From Candidatus Avispirillum sp. (lineage in GTDB: Bacteria > Bacillota > Clostridia > Oscillospirales > CAG-272), in assembly GCA_045631345.1 (NCBI GenBank), contig JAZQUP010000004.1, positions 15,727-79,726 of the forward strand: 64,000 nucleotides of DNA, read 5' to 3'. Both the position numbers and the translations under genes were made by a program. The notes under the pieces were generated by a model, which saw nothing but the letters and a program-made list of their open reading frames with translations, was not told the DNA's origin and did not search any database. This document shows positions 40,816-50,408 of the stretch, in pieces. Positions within the stretch are counted from its first letter, which is position 1. Each line of letters starts with the position of its first letter.

Positions 40816-42351
40816 TTGGAAACAAAAACAGCTATCAGGTTAAGCCATGTTACCAAAACCTTCGGACCTGTTGTCGCTAATAACGATGTCAGTCTGGAGA
40901 TTCGCCATGGAGAAATTCTTTCTCTGCTTGGCGAAAATGGTAGTGGTAAAACCACTTTAATGAATATGCTCTCAGGAATTTATTATCCTGACAGCGGTAA
41001 GATTTACGTAAATGATGAAGAGGTTACAATAACTTCTCCTAAAGATGCTTTTGATTGCGGAATAGGTATGATCCATCAGCATTTCAAGCTTGTTGATGTT
41101 TTTTCAGCAGCTGAAAATGTTATTCTTGGTATTGATGAAAAATGCACTATCAAGGAAGCTGAGATTAGAATTTCCGAAATCTGCCAGAAGTATGGATTTG
41201 ATATAGATCCTAAGCAGAAGGTTTATGAGATGTCCGTTTCTCAGAAGCAGACACTTGAAATCATTAAGGTTCTTTATCGTGGCGCTAATATTCTTATTCT
41301 TGATGAGCCCACAGCAGTTCTTACTCCTCAGGAAACTGATAAGCTCTTTGATATTATCAAGAATATGAGAAACGACGGAAAATCCGTTATTATTATCACA
41401 CATAAGCTTCACGAGGTTCTTCGAATTTCTGACAGAGTTTCCATTCTTCGTCGTGGCGAATACGTAGGAACTGTTGATACAAAGGATGCAACAGCTCTCT
41501 CTCTTACAGAAATGATGGTTGGTAAAAAGGTTGAACTTAATATTGATCGTCCTGAACCTGTTGATCCTAAGCTTCGTCTTGAAATCAGAAACCTCACAGT
41601 TAAAAACTCTGAGGGATTCAATGTTCTTGATAATATTAACTTTGATATTTATAGCGGAGAAATTCTTGGTATTGCAGGCATTTCAGGTTGCGGACAGAAG
41701 GAGCTTCTTGAAAGTATTGCAGGTCTTCAGATGACAGCTCCCGGAAGTAGTGTTATGTACACAGCTCCCGATGCTGATGAGGCCGTTCAGCTTCTTGGTA
41801 AGAATCCCCGTCAGATAAAGAATATGGGTATCAGCCTTTCCTTCGTACCTGAGGACCGTCTTGGTATGGGCCTTGTTGGTTCTATGGGTATGACAGATAA
41901 TATGATGCTTAAAAGCTATAACGAGGGCAGATCTTTCTTTACAGAAAAGAAGGCTCCCAAGGAGCTTGCTGAACGTATTATGCAGGAGCTTGAGGTTAAC
42001 ACTCCCGGTGTAAGCACTCCTGTTCGTCGTCTTTCCGGCGGTAATGTTCAGAAGGTTCTTGTTGGTCGTGAAATTGCAGCAGGTCCTAAGGTTCTTATGA
42101 CAGCGTACGCAGTTCGTGGTCTTGACATTCATACATCCTATACAATTTACAGACTTCTCAATGAGCAGAAGCAGGCAGGCGTTGCCGTTGTATACGTAGG
42201 TGAAGATCTTGACGTTCTTATGGAGCTTTGCGATAAAATCCTTGTGCTTTGCGGCGGCAAGCTTAATGGTATTGTTGATGCTAAGACAAGCACAAAAGAA
42301 GAGGTTGGTCTTCTTATGACACATCTTAAAACAGAACAGGAGGCAAAGTGA
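40816..42351 (+). CDS. nucleoside/sugar ABC transporter ATP-binding protein (two ABC domains)
   Basis: GENGSGKT, LDEPT, LSGGNVQK; probable TTG start 40816 after GGGGTG. Confidence 0.92.
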   Translation: METKTAIRLSHVTKTFGPVVANNDVSLEIRHGEILSLLGENGSGKTTLMNMLSGIYYPDSGKIYVNDEEVTITSPKDAFDCGIGMIHQHFKLVDVFSAAENVILGIDEKCTIKEAEIRISEICQKYGFDIDPKQKVYEMSVSQKQTLEIIKVLYRGANILILDEPTAVLTPQETDKLFDIIKNMRNDGKSVIIITHKLHEVLRISDRVSILRRGEYVGTVDTKDATALSLTEMMVGKKVELNIDRPEPVDPKLRLEIRNLTVKNSEGFNVLDNINFDIYSGEILGIAGISGCGQKELLESIAGLQMTAPGSSVMYTAPDADEAVQLLGKNPRQIKNMGISLSFVPEDRLGMGLVGSMGMTDNMMLKSYNEGRSFFTEKKAPKELAERIMQELEVNTPGVSTPVRRLSGGNVQKVLVGREIAAGPKVLMTAYAVRGLDIHTSYTIYRLLNEQKQAGVAVVYVGEDLDVLMELCDKILVLCGGKLNGIVDAKTSTKEEVGLLMTHLKTEQEAK

Positions 42352-42352
42352 T

Positions 42353-43456
42353 ATGGCCAGAAATGTTAAAAATCATAGAGAACCTCTTGTTAGAATAGTA
42401 AAGCGTGATACAATGCCTATGGCCAAAGCAATTCTTGTTCGTGCTGCGGCAATAGCGCTTTCACTTGTTGTATGCGCTATAGTAATCTATTCTATAACAA
42501 AGATGAACCCTCTTAAAGTATATGCAACTATGTTTGAGGGTGCATTCGGTAGTAAGCGCAGAATATGGATGCTTGTTCGTGATGCAATGATGATGCTTTG
42601 TATCGGTGTTGCATTGGCGCCTGCGTTTAAGATGCGATTTTGGAATATCGGCGCTGAGGGACAGGTGCTTGTTGGTGGTATTGCAACTGCAGCTTGTATG
42701 ATTTATCTTGGCGATGTTCTTCCTACTCCTGTGCTTTTCGCAGTTATGGTAGTTACAAGCTGTGTATGTGGCGCCATCTGGGGTATGATTCCCGCAATCT
42801 TCAAATCCAGATTTAACACAAATGAAACATTGTTCACTCTTATGATGAACTATGTTGCCATTCAGATAACAGCGTATTTTGTCTCTATCTGGGAAAATCC
42901 CTACGGTTCAAATACTGTTGGTATTATCAACCCCCAAACAAAAATCGGTTGGTTTCCCTCACTTTTCGGTGAGCAGTATATGATCAATGTGTTTATCGTA
43001 TCTGCTCTCACAATAGCAATGTTCTTCTATCTGCGCTCAAGTAAGCACGGATATGAAATTTCTGTTGTTGGTGAATCTGAAAACACAGCGAGATATGCAG
43101 GTATCAATGTTTCTAAAGTGTTTGTTCGTACTATGATCATTTCCGGTGCGGTAGCCGGTCTTGCAGGATTTATAGCAGTTTCCGGTGTCAGTCATACAAT
43201 CTCAACCGATACAGCAGGCGGACGTGGATTTACAGCTATTATCGTTGCTTGGCTTGCTAAGTTTAACACTCTTACAATGGTGCTTATTTCATTCCTTATT
43301 ATTTTCCTTGAAAAAGGCGCTATTGAAATTGCTTCAAAATTCCAGCTCAGCGAATATGCTTCCAAGATCATCACAGGTATTATCCTGTTCTTCATTCTCG
43401 GCAGCGAATTCTTTATAAACTATAAGCTTATAATCGCTAAGAAGGGGGCAAAGTAA
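42353..43456 (+). CDS. nucleoside ABC transporter permease
   Basis: NIGAEGQ, GESENTARYAGI, G.GFTAIIVA. Confidence 0.9.
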   Translation: MARNVKNHREPLVRIVKRDTMPMAKAILVRAAAIALSLVVCAIVIYSITKMNPLKVYATMFEGAFGSKRRIWMLVRDAMMMLCIGVALAPAFKMRFWNIGAEGQVLVGGIATAACMIYLGDVLPTPVLFAVMVVTSCVCGAIWGMIPAIFKSRFNTNETLFTLMMNYVAIQITAYFVSIWENPYGSNTVGIINPQTKIGWFPSLFGEQYMINVFIVSALTIAMFFYLRSSKHGYEISVVGESENTARYAGINVSKVFVRTMIISGAVAGLAGFIAVSGVSHTISTDTAGGRGFTAIIVAWLAKFNTLTMVLISFLIIFLEKGAIEIASKFQLSEYASKIITGIILFFILGSEFFINYKLIIAKKGAK

Positions 43457-43458
43457 TT

Positions 43459-44442
43459 ATGGATATGATAGTAACTCTTATTCAGGCTGCTGTTGCCTTC
43501 GGTACAGTAATAATGTTCGGCTGTGTAGGCGAGATTCTCACAGAAAAATCAGGTAGCCTTAATCTTGGTGTTCCCGGTATTATGTATATCGGTGGTATTG
43601 CCAGCCTTTCAGGAACATTCCTTTATGAAAGATCAACTGAAAATCCCAACACATTTATTTGTCTTGTATTAGCTCTCGTTTGTGGAATTGTTGGTGCAAT
43701 GCTCGCAGGCCTCCTGTTCGGCTTCCTCACAATCACACTGAGAGCAAATCAGAATGTTTGTGGTCTTGCACTTACAATCTTTGGCACAGGTATTGGTAAC
43801 TTCTTTGGCGGCTCTCTCAATAAGCTGGCAGGCGGTGTAGGTCAGATTTCTGTTCCTACAACAAGTGCAGCCTTCAGAGCAAGAATACCTTTCCTTGCAG
43901 ATCTTGGCGTTGTAGGTGATATTTTCTTCCAATATGGCTGGATGGTGTTTGCAGTTATTATAATTGCAGTTGCATTGCATTTCTTCCTCAACCGCACAAA
44001 TACAGGTCTTAACCTTAGAGCAGTTGGTGAAAACCCTGCAACAGCAGATGCTGCTGGTATCAATGTAACAAAATATCAGTATCTTTCTGTTTGCATCGGC
44101 GCTGCTATAACAGGTCTTGGCGGTGTATATTACGTAATGGATTATATTAAGGGTACATGGGCAAATGATGGTTCTATCGAAAAGCTTGGATGGCTTGCTC
44201 TTGCACTTGTAATTTTCACAACATGGAAGCCTCTCAATTCTATCTGGGGTGCATATGTTTTCGGTGTACTTTATTGGGCTTATTATTATATTCCCGGTCT
44301 TACACGAAGCAGTCAGGAGCTCTTCAAAATGCTTCCTTATGTTGTAACAATTGTAGTTCTTGTATTTATCAGTGTTCGTAATAAAAAGGAAAATCTTGGT
44401 CCTGCTCATCTTGGCAGATCATATTTCCGTGAGGACAGATAA
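43459..44442 (+). CDS. nucleoside ABC transporter permease
   Basis: EKSG.LNLG..G, LRAVGENP..ADAAGINV, LPYV.T. Confidence 0.9.
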   Translation: MDMIVTLIQAAVAFGTVIMFGCVGEILTEKSGSLNLGVPGIMYIGGIASLSGTFLYERSTENPNTFICLVLALVCGIVGAMLAGLLFGFLTITLRANQNVCGLALTIFGTGIGNFFGGSLNKLAGGVGQISVPTTSAAFRARIPFLADLGVVGDIFFQYGWMVFAVIIIAVALHFFLNRTNTGLNLRAVGENPATADAAGINVTKYQYLSVCIGAAITGLGGVYYVMDYIKGTWANDGSIEKLGWLALALVIFTTWKPLNSIWGAYVFGVLYWAYYYIPGLTRSSQELFKMLPYVVTIVVLVFISVRNKKENLGPAHLGRSYFREDR

Positions 44443-44448
44443 AAAATT

Positions 44449-44483
44449 AACCGTCTCTTAGGTAATAAGAGACGGTTTTTTTA
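44449..44483 (+). terminator. Rho-independent terminator
   Basis: AACCGTCTCTTA...TAAGAGACGGTTTTTTT. Confidence 0.85.
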
Positions 44484-44582
44484 TATTATTCAATAAAAAA
44501 GGTTAAACTGTTAACAATTTATGGATATAATTATATATCACAATATAATTATCATATGCCATTATGGCAGAATGGAGAGTTA

Positions 44583-47198
44583 ATGCAATATTATTCAGAA
44601 AAAATTGATGTTGTTTGTGAAGAACTGAAAACAGATAAGCTAAATGGTCTGTCACAAACAGAAGCAGAGAAGAGAATCGCTCAATATGGTGAAAATAAGC
44701 TGCGTGAAAAGAAGAAAAAGTCCTTGTTTGCAAGATTTCTTGATCAGCTGAAGGATGTTATGATTCTGATTCTTCTTGCGGCTGCAGCAGTTTCTTTTGC
44801 TATTGCTATTATTGAAAAGGATATGGGTGAGCTTTTTGAGCCTATTCTTATTCTTCTAATAGTTGTTTTAAACGCAGTTATGGGTGTTTTTCAGGAGAGC
44901 AAGGCTGAAAAGGCTCTTGATGCCCTGAAGAGTATGTCTGCGCCTCATGCAAGAGTAATTCGTGATGGTGTTGAAAAGGTTATAGAATCTGCATATCTTG
45001 TTCCAGGTGATGTTATTCATCTTGAAGCAGGCGATTTTATTCCTGCGGATGTACGCCTTATTTCAAGCTCATCTCTTAAAAGTGAAGAATCTGCACTCAC
45101 AGGTGAAAGCGTACCTTCTGAAAAAGACGCTATGGCAGATATTGCCGATAATGCACCTTTGGGAGATAGAAGCAATATGCTGTTCTCCGGTTGTAGCGTA
45201 ACATATGGCACAGCTACTGCAGTTGTCTGTGGCACAGGTATGGACACAGAGATGGGTAAAATAGCCAATATGCTTGATAATGAAGAAAGCACTCAAACTC
45301 CCCTTCAGCAGAAGTTGGCTCAGCTTGGTAAATATCTTGGTATTGTAGCCCTTGCTTGCTGCGCTGTTATATTCATCGTTGGCGTTGTAAACAAGATTGA
45401 TGTTCTTGAAATATTTATGACAAGCGTATCCCTTGCAGTTTCAGCAATACCTGAGGGCCTTCCTGCTATAGTAACAGTAGTTCTTTCAATAGGCGTTCAG
45501 CGAATGGTTAAGAAGAATGCAATTATTCGTCGCCTGCCTGCGGTTGAAACTCTCGGTAGCGCATCTGTTATTTGTTCAGATAAAACAGGAACACTCACTC
45601 AAAACAGAATGACCCTTGTTTCTGTTTATTGTGATGGAGAAGAAAACAGAGTTGCAATTGAAAGCGCTACAGATGATAAGAGCATGAACCTGCTTCGTCT
45701 TTCAACACTTTGCTGTGATGGCTCTATTAATGTAAACGATGAAGAAATACAGCATATAGGAGATCCTACGGAAACAGCTATTGTTTATGCTGCATATAAA
45801 AAGGGAATGACAAAGGATGAGATCGGGAAGGAATATCCCAGAATTCTTGAATTTCCCTTTGACTCTGACCGTAAGCTTATGACAAGCATTAACAAAATCG
45901 GTGATAAGAAAATCGCTATAGTTAAGGGCGCATTTGATATGATGGCAAAGCTTTGTGTTAATGGGGACATAGAAAGAGCTCGCCGGATAAACAATGAAAT
46001 GAGCGAAAACGCACTAAGAGTGCTTGCAGTAGCGTATAGAGAGCTTGATAATATCCCTGAAAATGCTAAAGCAGAGGATGTTGAATGCCAGCTCACCTTC
46101 CTTGGCCTTGTTGGTATGATAGACCCTGCTCGTCCCGAGGCAAAGGCTGCAGTTGAAGTATGTCGTGGAGCAGGTATCCGTCCTGTTATGATCACAGGCG
46201 ACCATGTTGTAACTGCAACAGCCATTGCTAAGGAGCTTGGTATTTTCAGAGAAGGCGATAGAGCAATCACAGGCGCAGAGCTTGATAATATGACAGATTC
46301 AGAGCTTGATGCAAATGTTGAAAGCATTTCTGTTTATGCAAGAGTTTCTCCCGAGAATAAGATAAGAATAGTTAAGGCTTGGCAGAGAAAGGATAAAGTT
46401 GTTTCTATGACAGGCGACGGAGTTAACGACGCTCCTGCGCTTAAAGCGGCAGATATTGGCTGTGCAATGGGCATTACAGGAACTGACGTTGCTAAGGGTG
46501 CCGCTGATATGACTCTGACAGATGATAACTTTGCAACAATAGTTGATGCAGTGCGTGAGGGCAGAGGAATATATGCCAATATTAAAAAGGTTGTAGGATT
46601 TTTGCTTGGAACTAATATTGGTGAGGTTATTGCAGTATTTGTTGCAATGCTTCTTTGGCATAGAAGCCCTCTTCTCTCAATGCAGCTTCTTTGGATAAAT
46701 CTTGTTACAGATTCGCTTCCTGCAATTGCTCTCGGTATGGAGGATGTTGAAAGTGACATAATGGAAAGAGCTCCAAAGCCTAAAAAGGAAGGACTTTTTG
46801 CCGGTGGTCTTGGCGTAAGAGTCGTTTTACAGGGCGCAATGTTTGCGGTTCTTTCCCTCCTTGGCTTCTATTTTGGGTGGATTATGACAAACGATGTTGC
46901 CGGCGGACAGACACTTGCATTTATGGTTCTGGCGCTTTCTCAGGTTATTCAGGCGCTGAATATGCGTAGCGATCGTTCACTCTTTAAGATAGGCTTCTTC
47001 ACAAACAAAACGCTTAATTGGGCGCTCCTCGCCTCTGTTGTTATGGTTGCAGTTGTTTTGTTCACTCCTCTTCGTATTCCTTTTGGTATGGTGGTTCTTC
47101 CCGGTAAGCTCTATCTCATAGGTCTTGGCCTTGCTCTTGTTCCTATGGTGGTTATGGAAGTTTCTAAGGCTATTACAACGATAATGAAAAAGAAATAA
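44583..47198 (+). CDS. P-type IIA cation (Ca2+) transporting ATPase
   Basis: DKTGT, TGES, IPEGLP, GDGVNDAPALK, LWINLVTD. Confidence 0.95.
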   Translation: MQYYSEKIDVVCEELKTDKLNGLSQTEAEKRIAQYGENKLREKKKKSLFARFLDQLKDVMILILLAAAAVSFAIAIIEKDMGELFEPILILLIVVLNAVMGVFQESKAEKALDALKSMSAPHARVIRDGVEKVIESAYLVPGDVIHLEAGDFIPADVRLISSSSLKSEESALTGESVPSEKDAMADIADNAPLGDRSNMLFSGCSVTYGTATAVVCGTGMDTEMGKIANMLDNEESTQTPLQQKLAQLGKYLGIVALACCAVIFIVGVVNKIDVLEIFMTSVSLAVSAIPEGLPAIVTVVLSIGVQRMVKKNAIIRRLPAVETLGSASVICSDKTGTLTQNRMTLVSVYCDGEENRVAIESATDDKSMNLLRLSTLCCDGSINVNDEEIQHIGDPTETAIVYAAYKKGMTKDEIGKEYPRILEFPFDSDRKLMTSINKIGDKKIAIVKGAFDMMAKLCVNGDIERARRINNEMSENALRVLAVAYRELDNIPENAKAEDVECQLTFLGLVGMIDPARPEAKAAVEVCRGAGIRPVMITGDHVVTATAIAKELGIFREGDRAITGAELDNMTDSELDANVESISVYARVSPENKIRIVKAWQRKDKVVSMTGDGVNDAPALKAADIGCAMGITGTDVAKGAADMTLTDDNFATIVDAVREGRGIYANIKKVVGFLLGTNIGEVIAVFVAMLLWHRSPLLSMQLLWINLVTDSLPAIALGMEDVESDIMERAPKPKKEGLFAGGLGVRVVLQGAMFAVLSLLGFYFGWIMTNDVAGGQTLAFMVLALSQVIQALNMRSDRSLFKIGFFTNKTLNWALLASVVMVAVVLFTPLRIPFGMVVLPGKLYLIGLGLALVPMVVMEVSKAITTIMKKK

Positions 47199-47200
47199 AC

Positions 47201-47240
47201 AAAAAAACAGGCTGCTTTTTTGAGGCGCAGCCTGTTTTTT
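47201..47240 (+). terminator. Rho-independent terminator
   Basis: AAAAAACAGGCTGC...GCAGCCTGTTTTTT. Confidence 0.82.
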
Positions 47241-47294
47241 CTATAAAAACAATATTTAAAACCACACGGGAATTTTCATTTAATGATGACTGTA

Positions 47295-47350
47295 TTGCCA
47301 CCATTTGCAAGGTATGATAGAATAAGTATACAGAAGTAAAGGTACCTTAA
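47295..47350 (+). promoter_or_regulatory. sigma-A promoter plus palindromic operator candidate
   Basis: TTGCCA-17 nt-TAGAAT; AAGGTACCTT palindrome just downstream. Confidence 0.5.
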
Positions 47351-47382
47351 ACTGCTCTGAATAAAAACTGAGAGGTATTGTT

Positions 47383-48579
47383 ATGAAAAAAACATTTGGT
47401 CAGATTGTTCGTGAAAAGAGAAAAATATTAAGTCTTTCTCAAGCGGAGTTAGGAGAAAAGATTGGAGTTTCTGTTCAAACAGTTTCGAGATGGGAATGTG
47501 ACGGTGGCATGCCTGATATATCACAGATAGTTCCTCTAGCAAAGGTTCTCGGAACAACAACAGATATTTTGCTAGGTATGGAAAATTCAGAAGATGAGGC
47601 AGTTGAAACAGTTTTAACTGAGGTGCGTGATATTTGGAACAACGCAAAAATCAACAATTCAGTTGTAGGAACAAGAGATTGTGATTATCGAAAAGCAGCG
47701 TATGAAAAACTGAGGGAGATAGTTCGCAAATACCCAACTAATCTTCGTTTGCTTGAAGCGTACACAAATAACGGAGTATCATATTTAAAGAATATTGTTG
47801 TGCATCATTTCTTTGAGATCCCCGAAAAAGAAATTCATAATATGTATGTTGAATTGGAACGAATGATAAATACAAGATTGAATTTCGAAAGCGAACTAAA
47901 TAAAAAAGAAGCCGCAAAGCATTTGTTGGCGTCTTTGTATGCTATTATGGGAAACAAAGAACGCGCTTTAGCTGAAACAGAAGAACTTTCAGCTGAAATG
48001 AAGTACTACACTCAGATCAGAATAGCGATGAATATGAGTGATCATGATGAACGGCTTATGTCAGCAAAAAAACTGTTTCATCATTCGGCAAAGGAACTGT
48101 TGTACGCATTTGATCATTTGAGTGGCGCTTATGCAGCTTTGGGTGAGCCGGAACGCGATAATGCAATCAAGATATTTGAAAAGTTTTCCGATGCGGCCGA
48201 TTTTCTTGAAAGTTGTCTTGACAGTGAATTTATATATTACTATAAAATCTGGATAAATAAATGTATATGTGTTCAATATATCCGTGCAGGAGAGTATGAC
48301 ACAGCACTTGGTTATATTGAAAAAATGACGGATAGTTGTGAGAAGTTTTGGAATATATGTTTGAAGGAATGTGACGAGGACGGAACTGTTCCTCTGTATG
48401 TGGAAACAGAAGCAAAAAATAGGGTTTGGACCACTTGCTCTAAAGATGAACTTAGAAAAAAGCTAGAATGTGAACTTATAGAAAGCTGGGGCGAACTAGG
48501 AGATAAAGAAAACAATCCAGTTGTCACAAGTGAGAGATACAAGAGATGCTTTGAGAGAGTGAGTAATTTGAAAGCATAA
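47383..48579 (+). CDS. XRE-family HTH regulator with helical TPR-like C-terminal domain
   Basis: SQAELGEKIGVSVQTVSRWE..MPDISQI; 'KYP' helix motif shared with the 34172 protein. Confidence 0.85.
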   Translation: MKKTFGQIVREKRKILSLSQAELGEKIGVSVQTVSRWECDGGMPDISQIVPLAKVLGTTTDILLGMENSEDEAVETVLTEVRDIWNNAKINNSVVGTRDCDYRKAAYEKLREIVRKYPTNLRLLEAYTNNGVSYLKNIVVHHFFEIPEKEIHNMYVELERMINTRLNFESELNKKEAAKHLLASLYAIMGNKERALAETEELSAEMKYYTQIRIAMNMSDHDERLMSAKKLFHHSAKELLYAFDHLSGAYAALGEPERDNAIKIFEKFSDAADFLESCLDSEFIYYYKIWINKCICVQYIRAGEYDTALGYIEKMTDSCEKFWNICLKECDEDGTVPLYVETEAKNRVWTTCSKDELRKKLECELIESWGELGDKENNPVVTSERYKRCFERVSNLKA

Positions 48580-48597
48580 ACGATAATTTATCGCTAT

Positions 48598-48755
48598 AAG
48601 GCTTCCCACAACTGTCCTTTGGAAAGTTGGTGGGGAAGCTGGCTAGCGCTAAGTGCGATGCTGTTTGAGGCGTCTAGGCTTCGAATATTGTTGATTTCAA
48701 GCCCAGACTTCTCATCCACCACTACGTGGTGTCCCCCTTCTCCCAGGAGAAGGCT
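48598..48755. repeat. paired inverted REP-like units (REPIN/BIME-like)
   Basis: GGCTTCCC..GGGGAAGCTGG..TGAGG facing CTCATCCACC..CCCCTTCTCCCAGGAGAAGGCT, with an internal hairpin. Confidence 0.65.
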
Positions 48756-48761
48756 AATAAC

Positions 48762-48797
48762 ATCAAAAATACCGATCGAAAGATCGGTATTTTTGAT
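48762..48797. terminator. bidirectional terminator
   Basis: ATCAAAAATACCGATC-GAAA-GATCGGTATTTTTGAT between convergent genes. Confidence 0.88.
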
Positions 48798-49321
48798 CAG
48801 TAACAAACTGACATTATATATTTTGCACTGTCGAATTCAATCGTACAACAGAAAAAGCTTTTATTATTAAAGTCTGCCTTAAAAGCATCGGCTAAAACGG
48901 AACCATTATTTTTGCAAAATGCCTCAGCCTTGGTCCAATGATAAACAAAATCTTCTGCTGTATCGAAAGTTTTATCAAAAAATCGAGCGGCTATTTTGTT
49001 GAGTCTTTCAAGCTCGTTGTCAGAAGGGAAAGCTTGAATATCAATTCCTATCTCACCTTCGCCATCCTCAAAAACTGTGAAAACGTCTTCGGGCAGATTA
49101 TAGTTTTCTTCGTGACATCTCATAGCGCAAACTGCTATTTCGTTTGTGTGACTAATTGAAAAATGATAACGCGGATCATCTACATAAGGCTTCCCGTTTT
49201 CTGTTCTTTTAACCTCGTCGATTATACCAAAGAAAGAAAAAAGCCTGTCTCTAAGAGCAACTCCTGCTTCATGTTGTGAAGCAGGAGTGTTTTCGCATTT
49301 CATAAAAGCTATATAAATCAT
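48797..49321 (-). CDS. 4'-phosphopantetheinyl transferase superfamily protein
   Basis: NGKPY, FSISH, IGIDIQ, WTKAEA..K. Confidence 0.8.
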   Translation of the reverse strand: MIYIAFMKCENTPASQHEAGVALRDRLFSFFGIIDEVKRTENGKPYVDDPRYHFSISHTNEIAVCAMRCHEENYNLPEDVFTVFEDGEGEIGIDIQAFPSDNELERLNKIAARFFDKTFDTAEDFVYHWTKAEAFCKNNGSVLADAFKADFNNKSFFCCTIEFDSAKYIMSVCY

Positions 49322-50088
49322 TTTTTGCCAAGCTTATACATCCATGTTCCGAAATAGAACTTGGGAAGGCTCATCATTCTGCCGATTCGCTGAGGCTGGC
49401 AAAGAAGGCGATAAAACCATTCAAGGCCAAGATCTATGAACACCTTGGGCGCTCTCTTAACGTTGCCTGTGTAGCCGTCAAGGCTGCCACCGAGCCCCAT
49501 AAAGAGTTTCACATTGGGAAGACGATCACGGTTTGCGTCTATCCATTTTTCCTGAGCGGGACAACCAAGGCAAACGAAAAGGATCTTTGCACCGGATTCA
49601 TTTATAAGGCGGATGGTTTCATCATTTTCTTCGCCATCCTTCTTGAAATATCCGTGTCGTGTGCCTGCAAAAACAATGCCGGGAAGCTTTTCTTCCATAA
49701 CCTTAACGCACTGGTCTGCAATTGAAACGCCGCATTCACATCTTGTTTCATCTGCGCCGCCGAAAAGGAAAACAGGATATTTCTTTTCCTGTGCCATTTT
49801 TAAAACCCTGAGGCCAAGATCAAAGCCAGCAACCTTTTCCTTAATAGGTGTTCCAAGAATTTTTGCGGCTTTAACAACGCCGATTCCATCAGGAACAATA
49901 AGTTCAGCTTTATTTATAAGTGTTGAAAATTCAGGCTTATCAATGCAAAGCTGAACTATTTCGGAGTTAGGAGTATAAACAGAAGTGGTTTCGTTGTTTC
50001 CCATTCTTTCTCGGATAAAAGCATCAGCTTCATCCATTGTAACATTGGAAATATTTACGCCACGAATATTAACTTTTTCAATTGTCAT
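49318..50088 (-). CDS. tagA: WecB/TagA/CpsF family glycosyltransferase (GT26)
   Basis: TPN.E, PDG.GV, G.DL, LG.P.QEKW, GGSLD...KRAP....LGLEW.YRL. Confidence 0.9.
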   Translation of the reverse strand: MTIEKVNIRGVNISNVTMDEADAFIRERMGNNETTSVYTPNSEIVQLCIDKPEFSTLINKAELIVPDGIGVVKAAKILGTPIKEKVAGFDLGLRVLKMAQEKKYPVFLFGGADETRCECGVSIADQCVKVMEEKLPGIVFAGTRHGYFKKDGEENDETIRLINESGAKILFVCLGCPAQEKWIDANRDRLPNVKLFMGLGGSLDGYTGNVKRAPKVFIDLGLEWFYRLLCQPQRIGRMMSLPKFYFGTWMYKLGKK

Positions 50089-50143
50089 AATAATCTCCAT
50101 TCTTAAAAAAATGGGCTACGGATATATGTAGCCCATAATTTTA

Positions 50144-50374
50144 TCAGTTGCCAGCTTTTTCTGTCATGTAAGCAACAACGTCGCCTACAGTTGTGAATTT
50201 CTGAATATCGTCATCGTCAATAGCGATGTCAAAACGCTCTTCGCAGAGAAGAACAAGGTCAGCAAGCTCAAGAGAGTTGATGCCAAGGTCGTTTACAAGT
50301 TCAGCTTCAAGCTTGATGTCATCAGCGTTAACAGAAAGCTCGTCTACAAGGATTTCCTTAAATTTCTCAAACAT
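50144..50374 (-). CDS. acpP: acyl carrier protein
   Basis: 76 aa, acidic; DLGINSLE (Ser attachment site), TVGDVV. Confidence 0.88.
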   Translation of the reverse strand: MFEKFKEILVDELSVNADDIKLEAELVNDLGINSLELADLVLLCEERFDIAIDDDDIQKFTTVGDVVAYMTEKAGN

Positions 50375-50408
50375 AACTAAAGTCTCCGTATATTAAATAT
50401 TTTTTATT

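Noticed and set aside
48619..48870. 83-aa and 70-aa ORFs in the intergenic region
   Set aside because: They overlap the REP-like doublet and terminator; no coding signals
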